A stretch of 64,000 nt of DNA from Perkinsus olseni (taxonomy: Eukaryota): contig JABANN010000104.1 of NCBI GenBank assembly GCA_013115125.1, positions 1 to 64,000 of the forward strand, read 5' to 3'. Below the pieces are notes generated by a model. The model had not been told where the DNA came from. It searched no databases and was given only the letters and a program-made list of their open reading frames with translations. Of this stretch, positions 1 to 12,690 are shown piece by piece. How positions within the stretch are numbered: the stretch's first letter is position 1; every line of letters begins with the position of its first letter. Made by a program: the position numbers and the translations under genes.

Positions 1-50
1 ACTGAGCGGCGCCCGTTCGCTCATTCCGGTACGTTGCTGACTCCGTACTT

Positions 51-125
51 ACCGATGCCGGGGATTGAACCTGGGTCTACCACATGTTAGCTGTGCATGG
101 CGTGAAGCTTAACCATTGCATTGCA
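51..125 (-). pseudogene. Degenerate tRNA-like sequence (tRNA pseudogene or tRNA-derived SINE head), possibly Val(AAC)-derived
   Basis: Minus strand reads TGCAATGGTTAAG (A-box-like) ... GCCAT gcacag CTAACAT GTGGT agac CCAGG TTCAATC CCCGG CATCGGT. The B-box/T-loop GGTTCAATCC is clear. The T stem has a mismatch, the anticodon arm has a 6-nt insertion, and no matching 5' acceptor strand is found. Confidence 0.3.
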
Positions 126-810
126 GCAATGTAATGCCATTGCTTTTCATGATCGCCGCGTACGGCAGCAGGATAATGAGTGCTCAATTGTGCCAGGCCA
201 TAGTATAACGCCACTGAGTCGGCAGAGTGACGACAACATCCCGTATGACCCTCAAACGTCAACCCGTCTGCACTACGTCAACAAAAGTAATCACGTCTGA
301 AGCGAAGATACCTTTACGATGTCACGAGAACGGGAACGAGAAACAACAGGAGAACAAGGAGCCACGTTATGCGTGGTGGTACCATACAGCGTCATAATGA
401 CAGGTTTCCGAACTTCGGAAATGGGTACTATCTTGCAAAAGCGCTACTGGGAATTCAACAAGTAGCGGATTGTAGTCGCAAGAATTGTCAGTACAGCTTC
501 CGAGAACAAATGCTTCAATGTCTGTACACCTCGACATAGGAAATAATGAATGGCGCAGAAAACGAGATGAACAGTAGCATGTCAGGGAAATGTCACTATA
601 CGCGAGAGTGAACTAGATCTCCATTCCCTTCAAGGAGACAGGAAGCGGAAATAGCGAGTTTGACCAATCATCAGACTGATGGATTGGCGCACCTCGGGTA
701 TCTTCTATGAAGATGGCTTTGGGGGACTGAATCCCCGGGATTCAGAGAAGTAAGAGGAACTATAACCATAAGCCAGCCGACGCTAGACTGGCATGCCGAA
801 AGCAGCCTGC

Positions 811-3069
811 TTAAACGAACATGCCCATGACGGAAAAGACAGTGCCCACGATGGCAAAGGCAACCGCTAGAACTACACCGATCCAGGAAAGCATACGCTT
901 ATAACCCTTCGGCTGCTCGATAGTCAAGTAGAACCAGAGTGGAAAGAGGAAGAGATCACCTAAGAATATGAACAAATTGGAACTCTCAGGGTTCAGAATT
1001 AGCGACCCGATGACATTTCGAAAAGAGTGCTCACGATATTTCCAATCCCCAACAGTTCGATGCTTACATGAGCAGAGCAGAGTGCCGGCTATGGCCTGGA
1101 TGTAAGCTATCTCTGCCTGAGCGGCGATCGAGATAACGGCAATAGCGGCGACAATGACGACTCTCCAAGTGAACCTCCACGCGTTGTGCTTCAGCATACC
1201 CGGACCCCAGCTGAATCTTTGCTGAAACGGAGGGCGACCAAGTTGCGAGCGGGTTTCAATTTAACCCTGTCGAAGAAGCGCTCTGAGACCTACCATAGCC
1301 GACGAGATCATCCCTTCGGTACTGACCATAATAGGGACAAGCAACACCGGGCTCATGGCGAAGATACGGATAAGCTGAACTATCACGATCCAATACATGA
1401 ACCAACTCGGTATGACGCTGCTCGGATAGTCTGACAAAAGGAGGCGTCGATCCGCGTTCCGAGATGCTGATAAAGTCAATCGAATACGGCGAGCCTTCCT
1501 ACCGAGGAGGTCCACAAGGTAGAATTGCTCACAGGATCCATCACATATTTGCATACCGGCGATACCGAGCATGAACACGTAGAGCACAGAAACTATCTGG
1601 GCTAGGAGAATACATAGATCAATCTTCTTGGGAGAAGCATCTGACATTCACATCAGTCAAGCAGCAGCCCTTGTTCCGTGAGGTCGCCGAAGGTGTGTTA
1701 ATACTACTTTTGACAACACCATAGAAAGGTGGCAGTGATGGTGCCGCTCCAGAAGAGAACACTGCTATTCCGAGTGCAGTGATAAGATTAGAGGGGTAAG
1801 GAGCTTTGGGAACGAGATTAGCCTCGATGTTGGTATCAGGCAATATCATGATTGAAGATGCAACCTGAAAAACGTTCTGTGACACATTCATCTACACTAG
1901 TGCTAAGTGAATTGAAATGCGAACCAAGCTTCTCCACAGGACTAATGATACGATGAGCCGCCCAACTTTTACCCAAAGTGCCGCTCCGAGAACTGCTCCA
2001 AAGGCTCCAACGATACCCATTACATGGGATATTTCGTTGAACCAAGGTAGGAGGACGAAGGACAACGATAGGGCGGCGAAGATGATGATCCACACCTCGA
2101 CTGAACGAGGGATCGGCAGTGCTATGAAAAACTCTGCACCTACTGCTAAGCTCCTTTACTAACATATTAGCACATGTACCGATGGCGATTATATTAGCAG
2201 CCAAAGTGAAGAAGAACTCGAGAGAGACGACCTGAAACAACGATCGCATGAGGGCAACAAGTGAGTCACTCATACAACACTGCAGAAGCTACATGTCTAA
2301 TGAGTTGAAAGCATCATCCAGTCAATGCCGTCACATCGAATCGATGATCTCGATCAGCATCCTACCGTTGTGACGGCAGCTCGACCGGCTTTCCCTCCGC
2401 AGTATCCGGCCAGGAAAGCATACTCTCTCTCGAAGACAGGTACATGATGCTCTTCGCCGTACTTCTTTATCTAACACAAGCGGGTGAGCTTTCCAAAATG
2501 AGCACGGACCACTGTATCGTTGGTAGCCGCTTCCTTCACTACCTTCGGGTCGTCGAGGCAAGCTCTGACGAGTAACACGCAGAGGAAGATTGCCGAAGCG
2601 GCGATTATTTGGAATAATATTGATAGCCAACCAGCTGTCGTGAACATGAATGGGACGGAGAGACCAATCGTAATCATCGCATTCAAAGCCGTCATGAAGA
2701 AGGACCTGGAGAAAGAAGAAATATCAACACTTGTCGCATCGATGTGCAGACACAAGTCGGGAACCGGTCACAGGCAGACGAATCCTGGCCAAGAAGAGTC
2801 GGCATGAGTATAGAAATACGCCACAGTTTACTGAGCTTCGTTGATCAGCACCACGCAGCTGACAGGACGTTTTCATGAGCATGCATGTCCTACCCTAAAC
2901 CGATGCCCTTCTCCATTGCATTATATCCTCCACCTCCGCCAGCAATAACAGAACTAGCGGCAGTAGTCGCGACAGATCCAGTTGGGCTACTCGGTTCACT
3001 GACAACATCGGCTTTATCGACAACAGCATCGGAAGAGTCAATAGCGCGGGAAGGAGAAGAGTGGGACAT
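811..3069 (-). CDS. Amino acid/auxin permease (AAAP, Aa_trans) family transporter, copy 1 (multi-exon)
   Basis: Exon 1 MSHSSPSRA...GGGGYNAMEKGIGLG splices in phase 2 to SFFMTALNAMITIGLSVPFMFTTAGW. Later exons are hydrophobic (ALGIAVFSSGAAPSLPPFY, WRFTWRVVIVAAIAVISIAAQAEIAYIQAIAG, LFLFPLWFY). Stop at 811. Confidence 0.8.
1501..1876. repeat. Near-identical tract shared with 7258-7633 (AAAP paralogs)
   Basis: 376 bp at offset 5757. One difference seen by eye (1645 C vs 7402 T). The tract spans an intron. Confidence 0.9.
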
Positions 3070-3510
3070 GGCTGCAAAGTGGGTGAATCACGTGTATGTG
3101 ATCACACCTTTCGGAAAAGGCATGCCAAACTGACAGATGAGCCATCCGACAAAGCCCTGAAGCCTCGCAAGCTGCGCCAGGAGGGGAACGAGCGGATCCG
3201 AAACACTCACTGTCGCTGACCCGCAAGGCTTGGTACTCCTCTTGAAGGCTCCTTGGTGGATTTGCTTATGACTCTAGCAAGACAGTCCACAGGCAAACGC
3301 AATACTCCCCGTGCTTAATGCGACCGGATGAAGTATGCTAACTGTTCTGGACGGAGTTGAGCACTGCCCAGCCGATAGTTAGACGGGAAGCATGCAGCGG
3401 GCACCGCCCACTAATACCTATTCAGCCCTGGCGGGTACATACCTCGGGAGTACTTCAAGAGCGAATCAGGACCAACCCCGCGAATGCGTCCCAACGCAAC
3501 ACAAGAAGGA

Positions 3511-4380
3511 TCATCGTATATTGTCTTTGACATTCTCAGCCCTTTGGTGCTCTAAACGTTCTCGCTCCAAACGCTTGGCCCGAAGCTCCTCACGACTAAC
3601 GGTCCGAGGCCGATGCTTTCGTTTATGCCCCGATTTCCTAACAGAAAATCACTGATAATATTGAGCAGTACGCTTCGAAACATCTCGGCGGAGCTACTCA
3701 CCCCAGCGACTCTTCGACCTTCGAGATAGTCCCGATATCTCTCGAGAGCTTGCCCCCTCGTTCAAGAGCTCCTTCGCCTTCGAGGCCCTCCGACGAATGA
3801 CTTGACCGCGTCGATGCTCTAGGTTGTAGATACCAAGGCTTCAGAGAGGCCATTTCGTCGAACTCCGACATCGGCCGCTTCCTGCGGAGGATGGAGCGGT
3901 GCACTCAAAAGTCCGTCGCTAGAGAGGCCCACTTGCTCTTGCCAGCCAGTTGATTGTTTATTTCCTGTCCCCGGATATGCTTGTTGTGGTCCTTAACGAC
4001 AGCTTCCCATTCCTTTTCCTCCGCCGAGAATAAGTTTATATTTGACCCACGAGATATCGGTGAATCGCCATCGTCATCTGAACTGGCACCGGAGTTTCCC
4101 GCAAACGCGGCCTCGCTATTAGTTTTCTCACGTCGCTTGCTGGAGGACGCAGATCGGAGACCTTCCACTTTCCGACGTAGCCGAGATCGGCGCTCCGTTC
4201 GAGCTTCTGCTGCCGCCTGCTCTCTCGCATTTCGCTCATCCCTCTCCACCTAAATCTGTACCCTAGGGACCGGAACTTAGCGAAATGACAGAGGTCCTTC
4301 AGTACCCGAATACGGTTGGATGTGTTATACGTATGCCACTTCTTCTCATGAAGAATATTGATACCACCGTGCCCACCCAT
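3511..4380 (-). CDS. LENG1-like protein with N-terminal CIR_N motif (spliceosome-associated)
   Basis: N-terminus MGGHGGINILHEKKWHTYNTSNRIR|VERDE..., internal INLFS and KPWY motifs, C-terminus SREELRAKRLERERLEHQRAENVKDNIR* with TGA at 3511-3513. Confidence 0.7.
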
Positions 4381-4564
4381 GGTATGAAAAACGGACAGAA
4401 AACGGCTGTGCAAAACATAATATGCTTCTCAAGCCGGATGATGATGATGCTACCTATCACATCGAAACAACCAGGAGCCGAACATCTAGCTCCCACAACG
4501 CAACTTCAGTACTCATGATTGAATGAGATAGGTCTATTCTTTGAAACTGACAGTGGTGCCGCCT

Positions 4565-5907
<1,343 letters not shown>

Positions 5908-6548
5908 GCTGGCTTTAGATAGTACAGGAGTATAACAAGTAGAGGAACAGAAACTGATCGCTGGAATGATACGAAGCTGCATGTCCACTGATCCTGGAGG
6001 CGCTCACAAGAAAAGTCATCAGAGAGCTTGGTTGGCTTCCACCAGGACAGGTACGGATATCAACCCAAATAAGAGGCTTGCGAACAAGTGGACAGGAGCA
6101 AACGTTGTGGACTGCTCTGTACGGGTCGGATCCCCCAGCGTCAACTCGACACCCCGAGCAGGTTGGAAACGAATTGCTCGATACCCTTTCTAAGAGAACC
6201 ACACAGAAGTGCCTGTGACTTATATTAATCTGTTAGGACGAGTTGTGCAAATATGTTCAACTTCATAAACCCAGGAGAAGAGTACATCATAAAAACCCCG
6301 GAGAGGTTGAACAAAAAACTCGTAGAATGGGGGAGGTCGGCTACGAAAGCCCTCCACTTAACAATCTCGCCATACTGCGTATAGTACACTCAGTGCTGTT
6401 CGCCGTGAACGTGACATCGAAACACGAGCGACAATCGGAAACCGCGGCACTTGAATCAGCAGACGCTATCTGGACGCATGTCGGACACACGAGGTGACCA
6501 CGTGAATGATATGGTCCAGAGAACGACATGGGGACACTAGGAATAACA

Positions 6549-9106
6549 TTAACGACTATCCTGTGGATGTGGGGTATTAGCAAGCATACCCGAAAGAGAG
6601 AAGAAAGTTCCCACAATCGCGAAAGCTACGGCTAGAGCAATGCCTGTCCAAACGAACAAGTACTTCGTGCCCTGGGGATGCTCGATAACGAGATAAAACC
6701 AGAGTGGGAAAAGGAAAAGATTACCTGAATACAGGGCGGAATAATCCCGGGAGCGGTGCACATCGGAACCACACTAGTGCCCCTCAGATTACATGAACAG
6801 AGTAGTGTGCCGACGATGGCCTGAATGTAAGCTAGCTCCGCCTGAGCCACTATCGAGATGACGACGAGGGCGGTGACTACGATGACTCTCCAAGTGAATC
6901 TCCACGCGCCATACTTCAACATACTCCGACCCCAGCAGAAATTTCGCTGAAACACAAGGCGCAGATTCCTGATCATACAGAATCGTGATCCGCCAGCGGC
7001 TCCATCCAAGGGGCCGATCATGGAAGAGCTGCTCGTCAGGACCACCGAGTCGCCCAGAGGCCTACCATAACTAATGAGATCATACTCTCGGTGCTAACTA
7101 CAATTGGCACGAGGAATACCGGACTGACCGCGAAAATGCGGATCAGCTGGACCGTCACGATCCAGTACATGAACCAACTTGGTATAACACTGGCCGGATA
7201 GTCTGAAGAGAGTCGATATGCATCCTACAGAGGGTGATGTGAATGATCATCCTTCTCACCGAGGAGGTCCACAAGGTAGAATTGCTCACAGGATCCATCA
7301 CATATTTGCATACCGGCGATACCGAGCATGAACACGTAGAGCACAGAAACTATCTGGGCTAGGAGAATACATAGATCAATCTTCTTGGGAGAAGCATCTG
7401 ATATTCACATCAGTCAAGCAGCAGCCCTTGTTCCGTGAGGTCGCCGAAGGTGTGTTAATACTACTTTTGACAACACCATAGAAAGGTGGCAGTGATGGTG
7501 CCGCTCCAGAAGAGAACACTGCTATTCCGAGTGCAGTGATAAGATTAGAGGGGTAAGGAGCTTTGGGAACGAGATTAGCCTCGATGTTGGTATCAGGCAA
7601 TATCATGATTGAAGATGCAACCTGAAAAACGTTTTATGACACACTCATCTACACTAGTGCTAAGTGAATTGATATGCGGTTCGCAGAATGCGAACCAAGC
7701 TTCTCCGCATGATAGAGGCAGGATGTGATAGGAAACGGACGGCATGTTACTTCCCTTCGGTAGTAGGGCACGGGAACGTAGCACGCCAAGCACCTCACCC
7801 CAATCAGACGATCGCGAGCAGCCCAGCTTTTACCCAAAGTGCGGCCCCGAGAACTGCTCCAAAGGCTCCTACAATACCCATTACATGGGATATTTTATTG
7901 AACCAAGGTAGGAGGACGAAGGACAACGATAAGGCGGCGAAAATGATGATCCACACCTCGACTGAATGGAACGGAATCGGCAGCGTCATGATCAACTCTC
8001 CACCTACTGCTAAGCTCCCTAACTAAGATATTAGCACATGTACCGATGGCGATTATATTAGCAGCCAATGTCAGGAAAAACTCGAGAGAGACGACCTGAC
8101 AAACCCATAAACACGCGGAGCAGGTGTATTATGCGAACGAGGACCGTCGTGAAGCATGTGCAAGTCTTGAAGGGAATCGCAATAGCAACAAACTCAGGGC
8201 CGATTTCGATGATGCAACGATACAAGCAGTGTGAACTATCCGCCACATCAACCAGCAGCATAGACTCACCGTTGTGACGGCAGCTCGACCGGCTTTCCCA
8301 CCGCAATATCCTGCTAGGAAAGCATACTCTCTCTCGAAGACAGGTACATTATGCTCTTCACCATACTTCTTTATCTGACGCAAAGCCCGGCATATTCGTT
8401 GAGAACAGTCTCGAGCTCTAAAATTTACTCCGTACCTTAGGGTTATCCAGACAAACCCTGACGAGTAGCACGCAGGAGAATATCGCTGAAGCGGTTGTGA
8501 CTTGAAACACCATTCCAAGCCAACCAGCTGTCGTGAACATATATGGGATAGACAGGCCAATGGTGATCATCGCATTCAAAGCCGTCATGAAGAAGGACCT
8601 GAGAAGTAGAAGGTAACAGCAGACGATCAAAGAGGGAAGATTCGTGCAGGTACTGTACATTCAGGACAGGGGTCATCTAAGATGACTCATCTTCGAATAG
8701 AGGCCTTAGGAACCATAGCCCAGCGCGCAAACCCTAGATAACCCTCGGAACAAACGCATGGGCCCTCATTTCTTCCTATGATATATACTTCCGATTCAAT
8801 TCCCTCACACTAGTCACATGGCAGGACAGAGATACATGTACGTAAGCGTTCGGGGCCTCCATAAGGAACGCACAATCAGACGCTAGCATGAAGCTACAGT
8901 GCCTACCACAGTGTAATCCCCTGCTCCATGACACTATATCCAGCAGCCCCTCCAGCAGCCATCGAGCTGACAGCTGTGAGGTCCTCTGAGCTAGAATCTC
9001 TGCGTGCTTCTCCGAGATTGTCCGATTTGCTCTCGACGGTCGAGAGATTATCGAGAGCGACCGCGCCAGAGCAGCACGGCTGAGTTGAAGCTGCATGTAT
9101 GACCAT
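6549..9106 (-). CDS. AAAP (Aa_trans) family transporter, copy 2 (multi-exon)
   Basis: Paralog of 811-3069 with matching exons. Exon 1 ...GGAAGYSVMEQGITLW splices in phase 2 to SFFMTALNAMITIGLSIPYMFTTAGW. Ends ...VGTFFSLSGMLANTPHPQDSR*. Start codon uncertain. Confidence 0.8.
7258..7633. repeat. Near-identical tract shared with 1501-1876
   Basis: Direct sequence comparison. The flanking exons and introns are clearly diverged. Confidence 0.9.
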
Positions 9107-9323
9107 GACGGGAGGGCTACGACAACTCAGACACTGAATAAGGTGCAAGGTCCTAGATGCATCGAGCGTCGAAAGGTCGCGCTTCGATGCTATGACACCA
9201 CTGCTGTGCTTAAAAAATTGGATACTGCGATATAAAATATGACACAGGAGACCAAAAACCTAGATCTCGTGGACAGGCTAGCGAATATCCAGGTGCCAAC
9301 ACAACATACACACGACTACCGAA

Positions 9324-10662
9324 TTATGGAGGCAAATCCGATGGTTCATCAACTATGGTCCCAACATCGACGATTTGGGGGAGATCGACACCTTTAACAA
9401 AAAACTCAGGTGCCCAGCGGAAAATAACACCCGCTGCTTCGGCGGTATCCTTATCAGACTGCATGTCGCCAACCATTAGAGTGCCCAATCTGAGATAGGT
9501 GACTTATGTCACAATGAGATCCCGTACGAGCTCCTGCCCACCGGGAAGCGCCTGCCCACTCCATGGCGGACTGAAGCATCCCTGGGTTCGGCTTTCTCCA
9601 CTCCTTGCTCCACCTCTCGTCTGACTCGGTTCCGCTGGGACACGGACCCCAGTTGGCGGCCTTACCGCTACTCGGGTCGGCCTTGCTCTGAGGAACCGAC
9701 AATGACGAGGCAATAATAGACATCGCTTGCACACAAAAAGCCGTAAGGATTTCTCACTTGATATCTGAATGCAACAAAAACCCTAATCGGCAAACTCGGA
9801 GCAATCTCTAGGAGCTCATCCCTAACCTTCGACAATCTTGCTTGGACCTCGAATTGAGAAGTAATTTGAATGGTATCACCATCAAAGTGCATACTTTTGC
9901 TTCATCAGGTAGCTTATCAGGCTTCCCAAAATGGCCGGATTCCATCCAGTGGCGCAACCCAACTCCTCCCTGATTAGTAACCAGTGCGATCCGCGTTCCG
10001 GCACGTAGATGAGAGAAGAAGTCCTTTACACCAGTGGCCAGCGTAGCACTCGTATTCGACGGCGTTATGGTGCCATCAACATCGAAGCAGAGCAGATCGA
10101 ATCCTTGAGCATGCACCCACTCCCAAGAAGGCTGATAGGAAGTGGTATTCTCTCCAAGCTGCATATCCTCTGCCGCTCGGAGATTACTGTATTCTTCCTG
10201 TATGCCCCGTAAAGACTCAACTTGTAAGATGTCACCCTCTCCACATGCCCTCTTCACAATATTTCCCTCCTTGTCGAGGATCAAGAGAGCCGGCAAATGC
10301 TTGAGATGATAGAAGCATCTCACATGCTCAACATGCCAATGGGAGCAGCTGGCATCCAGCGCCAAAACCAGGGGTTCAAGCGAGTTCGCCTCAGCCGTGC
10401 TAGAATGAAGCAGGGTGTTGCACACATACTCGGTCGATATGCATGTACTAGATGGTTCGAGTGAAGGAACGACGAAGACCTGTCGAAACAAGTGCTGTTA
10501 CTTCATCATCGTACCAGAGGAATGGATGCTCACGTTACTCACCACGAGCAACCCGGAATCAGGCAAGGAGGCGAGGCAATCACCTAGAGGTTGTGGGCGC
10601 TCTGCAACATGCAGCCCTCGAGATGATGCCCATTTGTGCGCCGGTAGCAGAGACCTACGCAT
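9324..10662 (-). CDS. HAD-superfamily class IIIA phosphatase (PNKP 3'-phosphatase/GmhB-like) preceded by a degenerate thioredoxin-like segment; may be the 3' part of the TDP1 gene
   Basis: HAD motifs LLCFDVDGT, IALVTNQGGVG, WRKPNPGML and MVGDMQSDKDTAEAAGVIFRWAPEFF. Upstream segment YHLKHLPALLILDKEGNIVKR resembles a Trx-fold C-terminus without CxxC. Candidate ATG at 10662 (MRRSLLPAHKWASSRGLHV), TAA at 9324-9326. Confidence 0.8.
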
Positions 10663-10759
10663 GACGGAAAGGGGTCGGTGTGTATGAACCGCTCAAGGAG
10701 AAAGCGGGGGTAAGACAACACGAGGACCGGCGACTACGGAATTCAATCAGCCCGATCCG

Positions 10760-12594
10760 CTACCTCGAGAGTAGCTCGTGACCCTCAGCGTCTGGAGTAC
10801 TTGTGAGAAACACACGATCACAGAACAGGCCCGGCAACCATGGCAGCTCTCCACTCGGCCAAGGCTTGCATCGCTGCTGTCCCGATGGTGGAACCTAAAC
10901 CATTTACCGATACACGGGTGCAATGCAAAGTCCCCCCCTCTTACAAATGGCAATGTAAGCCGGTGGTGTTCATCCTTCGGTTGAGCGATGAACACACCTA
11001 ACTCGTAGCTACTTATCTGCAATGCTGCGCCATTCGATACCTGAGGGTCCCCTGTCGGTGTCTTGGGCACTCAGGTAGTCGTTGTTCTTACTAGTCTGCC
11101 CCATGCACTCTGCGATAAGTTATGTGAGCCCATGTAAATCCAGCCGTTGTTTGGAAGGCTGACCATGGTTTTGCTATGGCACAAATACTTCTTACGAGAT
11201 GATGGGAGCCACAGAGGCGTGAGGACCTGAAGAGGGAGCAGCCTTAGCGCGAACTAGGCGCTTTGATTCTCCTTTACTTTCAGAGGAAATTGTCCGTCTT
11301 CAAAATGCTTGCTCGGGAAGCGGAGGAAGTTGCTCCCTTTCTTCCACATGGCAACATCATACAGCGGCCACGCCACCCTGATATGGTCTCTAACATTCAC
11401 GGACTTAGAGAGATCGCTCAGAAAGCTGCCCGGTAGGAAACCAATAGAGCTGCACTGGAATAGAACTTCCTCAGAGGAAACATCCGCTAATAGATCTCTC
11501 AGCCTCATATGGCCCCAGTTGTCTCGGTCGGGACCCTTCCAGTAACCAGGTGCTGAAGCGACAAGCTGTATTCCAGGCGGCAGATTCACGATAAACCGAG
11601 GGCCAGTGAGGACCTCGACCCAGTGGTCCACTATCGCAGAACAGTCGGGAATGGAGCGGAAGAAGGTCTCCACGAACCGTGCCAACTGGTGCCCGAAAGC
11701 AGGTGAACCACTAGATTTGACTCTCTTTCTGCTGGGAGACTCAGAGCGACTAGCAGCAGCAAAGTCAGCGACCCAGATGCACTGGCTCACACCCTCCCAG
11801 TCTTGAGGCGTCAAGTTGCTACTACTGATGCATATCCTCAGAGTTTGGTCTCGTTCGATGATAATTAGCTTTGCATGCATGGTACCACTATCATAAAGGC
11901 CACCAGTCTCAAAGTATGGATGCACAACCCTAAATTGAGGCCACACCTCTCCGAAGGGTTGCTGTATCTCTGCCGTCGCACCTCGCTTCCTATCATAATC
12001 ATCAATAAGTATGATCGGTGTGGCGAAGGCGAAGTGCTCCAAGAGCCACTCGATATCAGAACCAAAGCTGCTCAGGAGTACCGCGTTGATGGTAGACTTA
12101 TCACCAATGACATCTGCGAAGCTCAGCTCATTAGCTTCATTGGTCTCGCTCTGCCCAAGTTTATTCAAGTAAATCCTGGACCCATCGAACTCAAACCCTT
12201 CGCCGATAATCCCATTCTCAGTAGGCTTCTTTCTACAGGATGAATCGCTATCCGGCGTTCGGGGACCGTAGGAGTCATGTTGCCGCAAGACCCGGCGCAC
12301 CGGTCGTACACGACCGGTACGGGTGTTACGTTGTTGAAGCGAAGTGAAGTCAACCACTCTATCAGAAGCTATATTCACCTTCTTCTGGTCTGTAAATGCC
12401 GCCTCTATGATGGTGTTGTCAGCACGATGGAAAGGTATCCATTCTCCCGACCCTGTCATCCACTCCCACACTGCCTCTAATGCACCATCAGATGACGAGG
12501 TCATAGAAGCACCACCTCGATAGACGTCACTTCCTGCCCGATACCGCTTCTTCGACGAATTCAGGAGAGTGGACGGCGTAGAAGAGGAGGCCAT
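10760..12594 (-). CDS. TDP1: Tyrosyl-DNA phosphodiesterase 1 with N-terminal WWE domain
   Basis: First catalytic motif GTMHAKLIII...ISSSNLTPQDW; second motif CHSKTM...WIYMGSHNLSQSAWG; then LQISSYELGV and LPW...TPDAEG. WWE domain VWEWMTGSGEWIPF...IEAAF...VDFTSLQQRNTRTGRVRPVRR. The start could be an upstream ATG (up to 12681). Confidence 0.92.
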
Positions 12595-12690
12595 GGATAA
12601 GGCTAATGTACTGCAGTAGACATCGCATGGCATTGGTCGAGTTTTTGAACAACAATACCAGTTAGCCACCGAAACGGTCATGCAGAAACA

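Noticed and set aside
46-53. TACTTACC resembling the U1 snRNA 5' end
   Set aside because: No further U1 stem-loops or Sm site. It overlaps the tRNA-like relic on the other strand.
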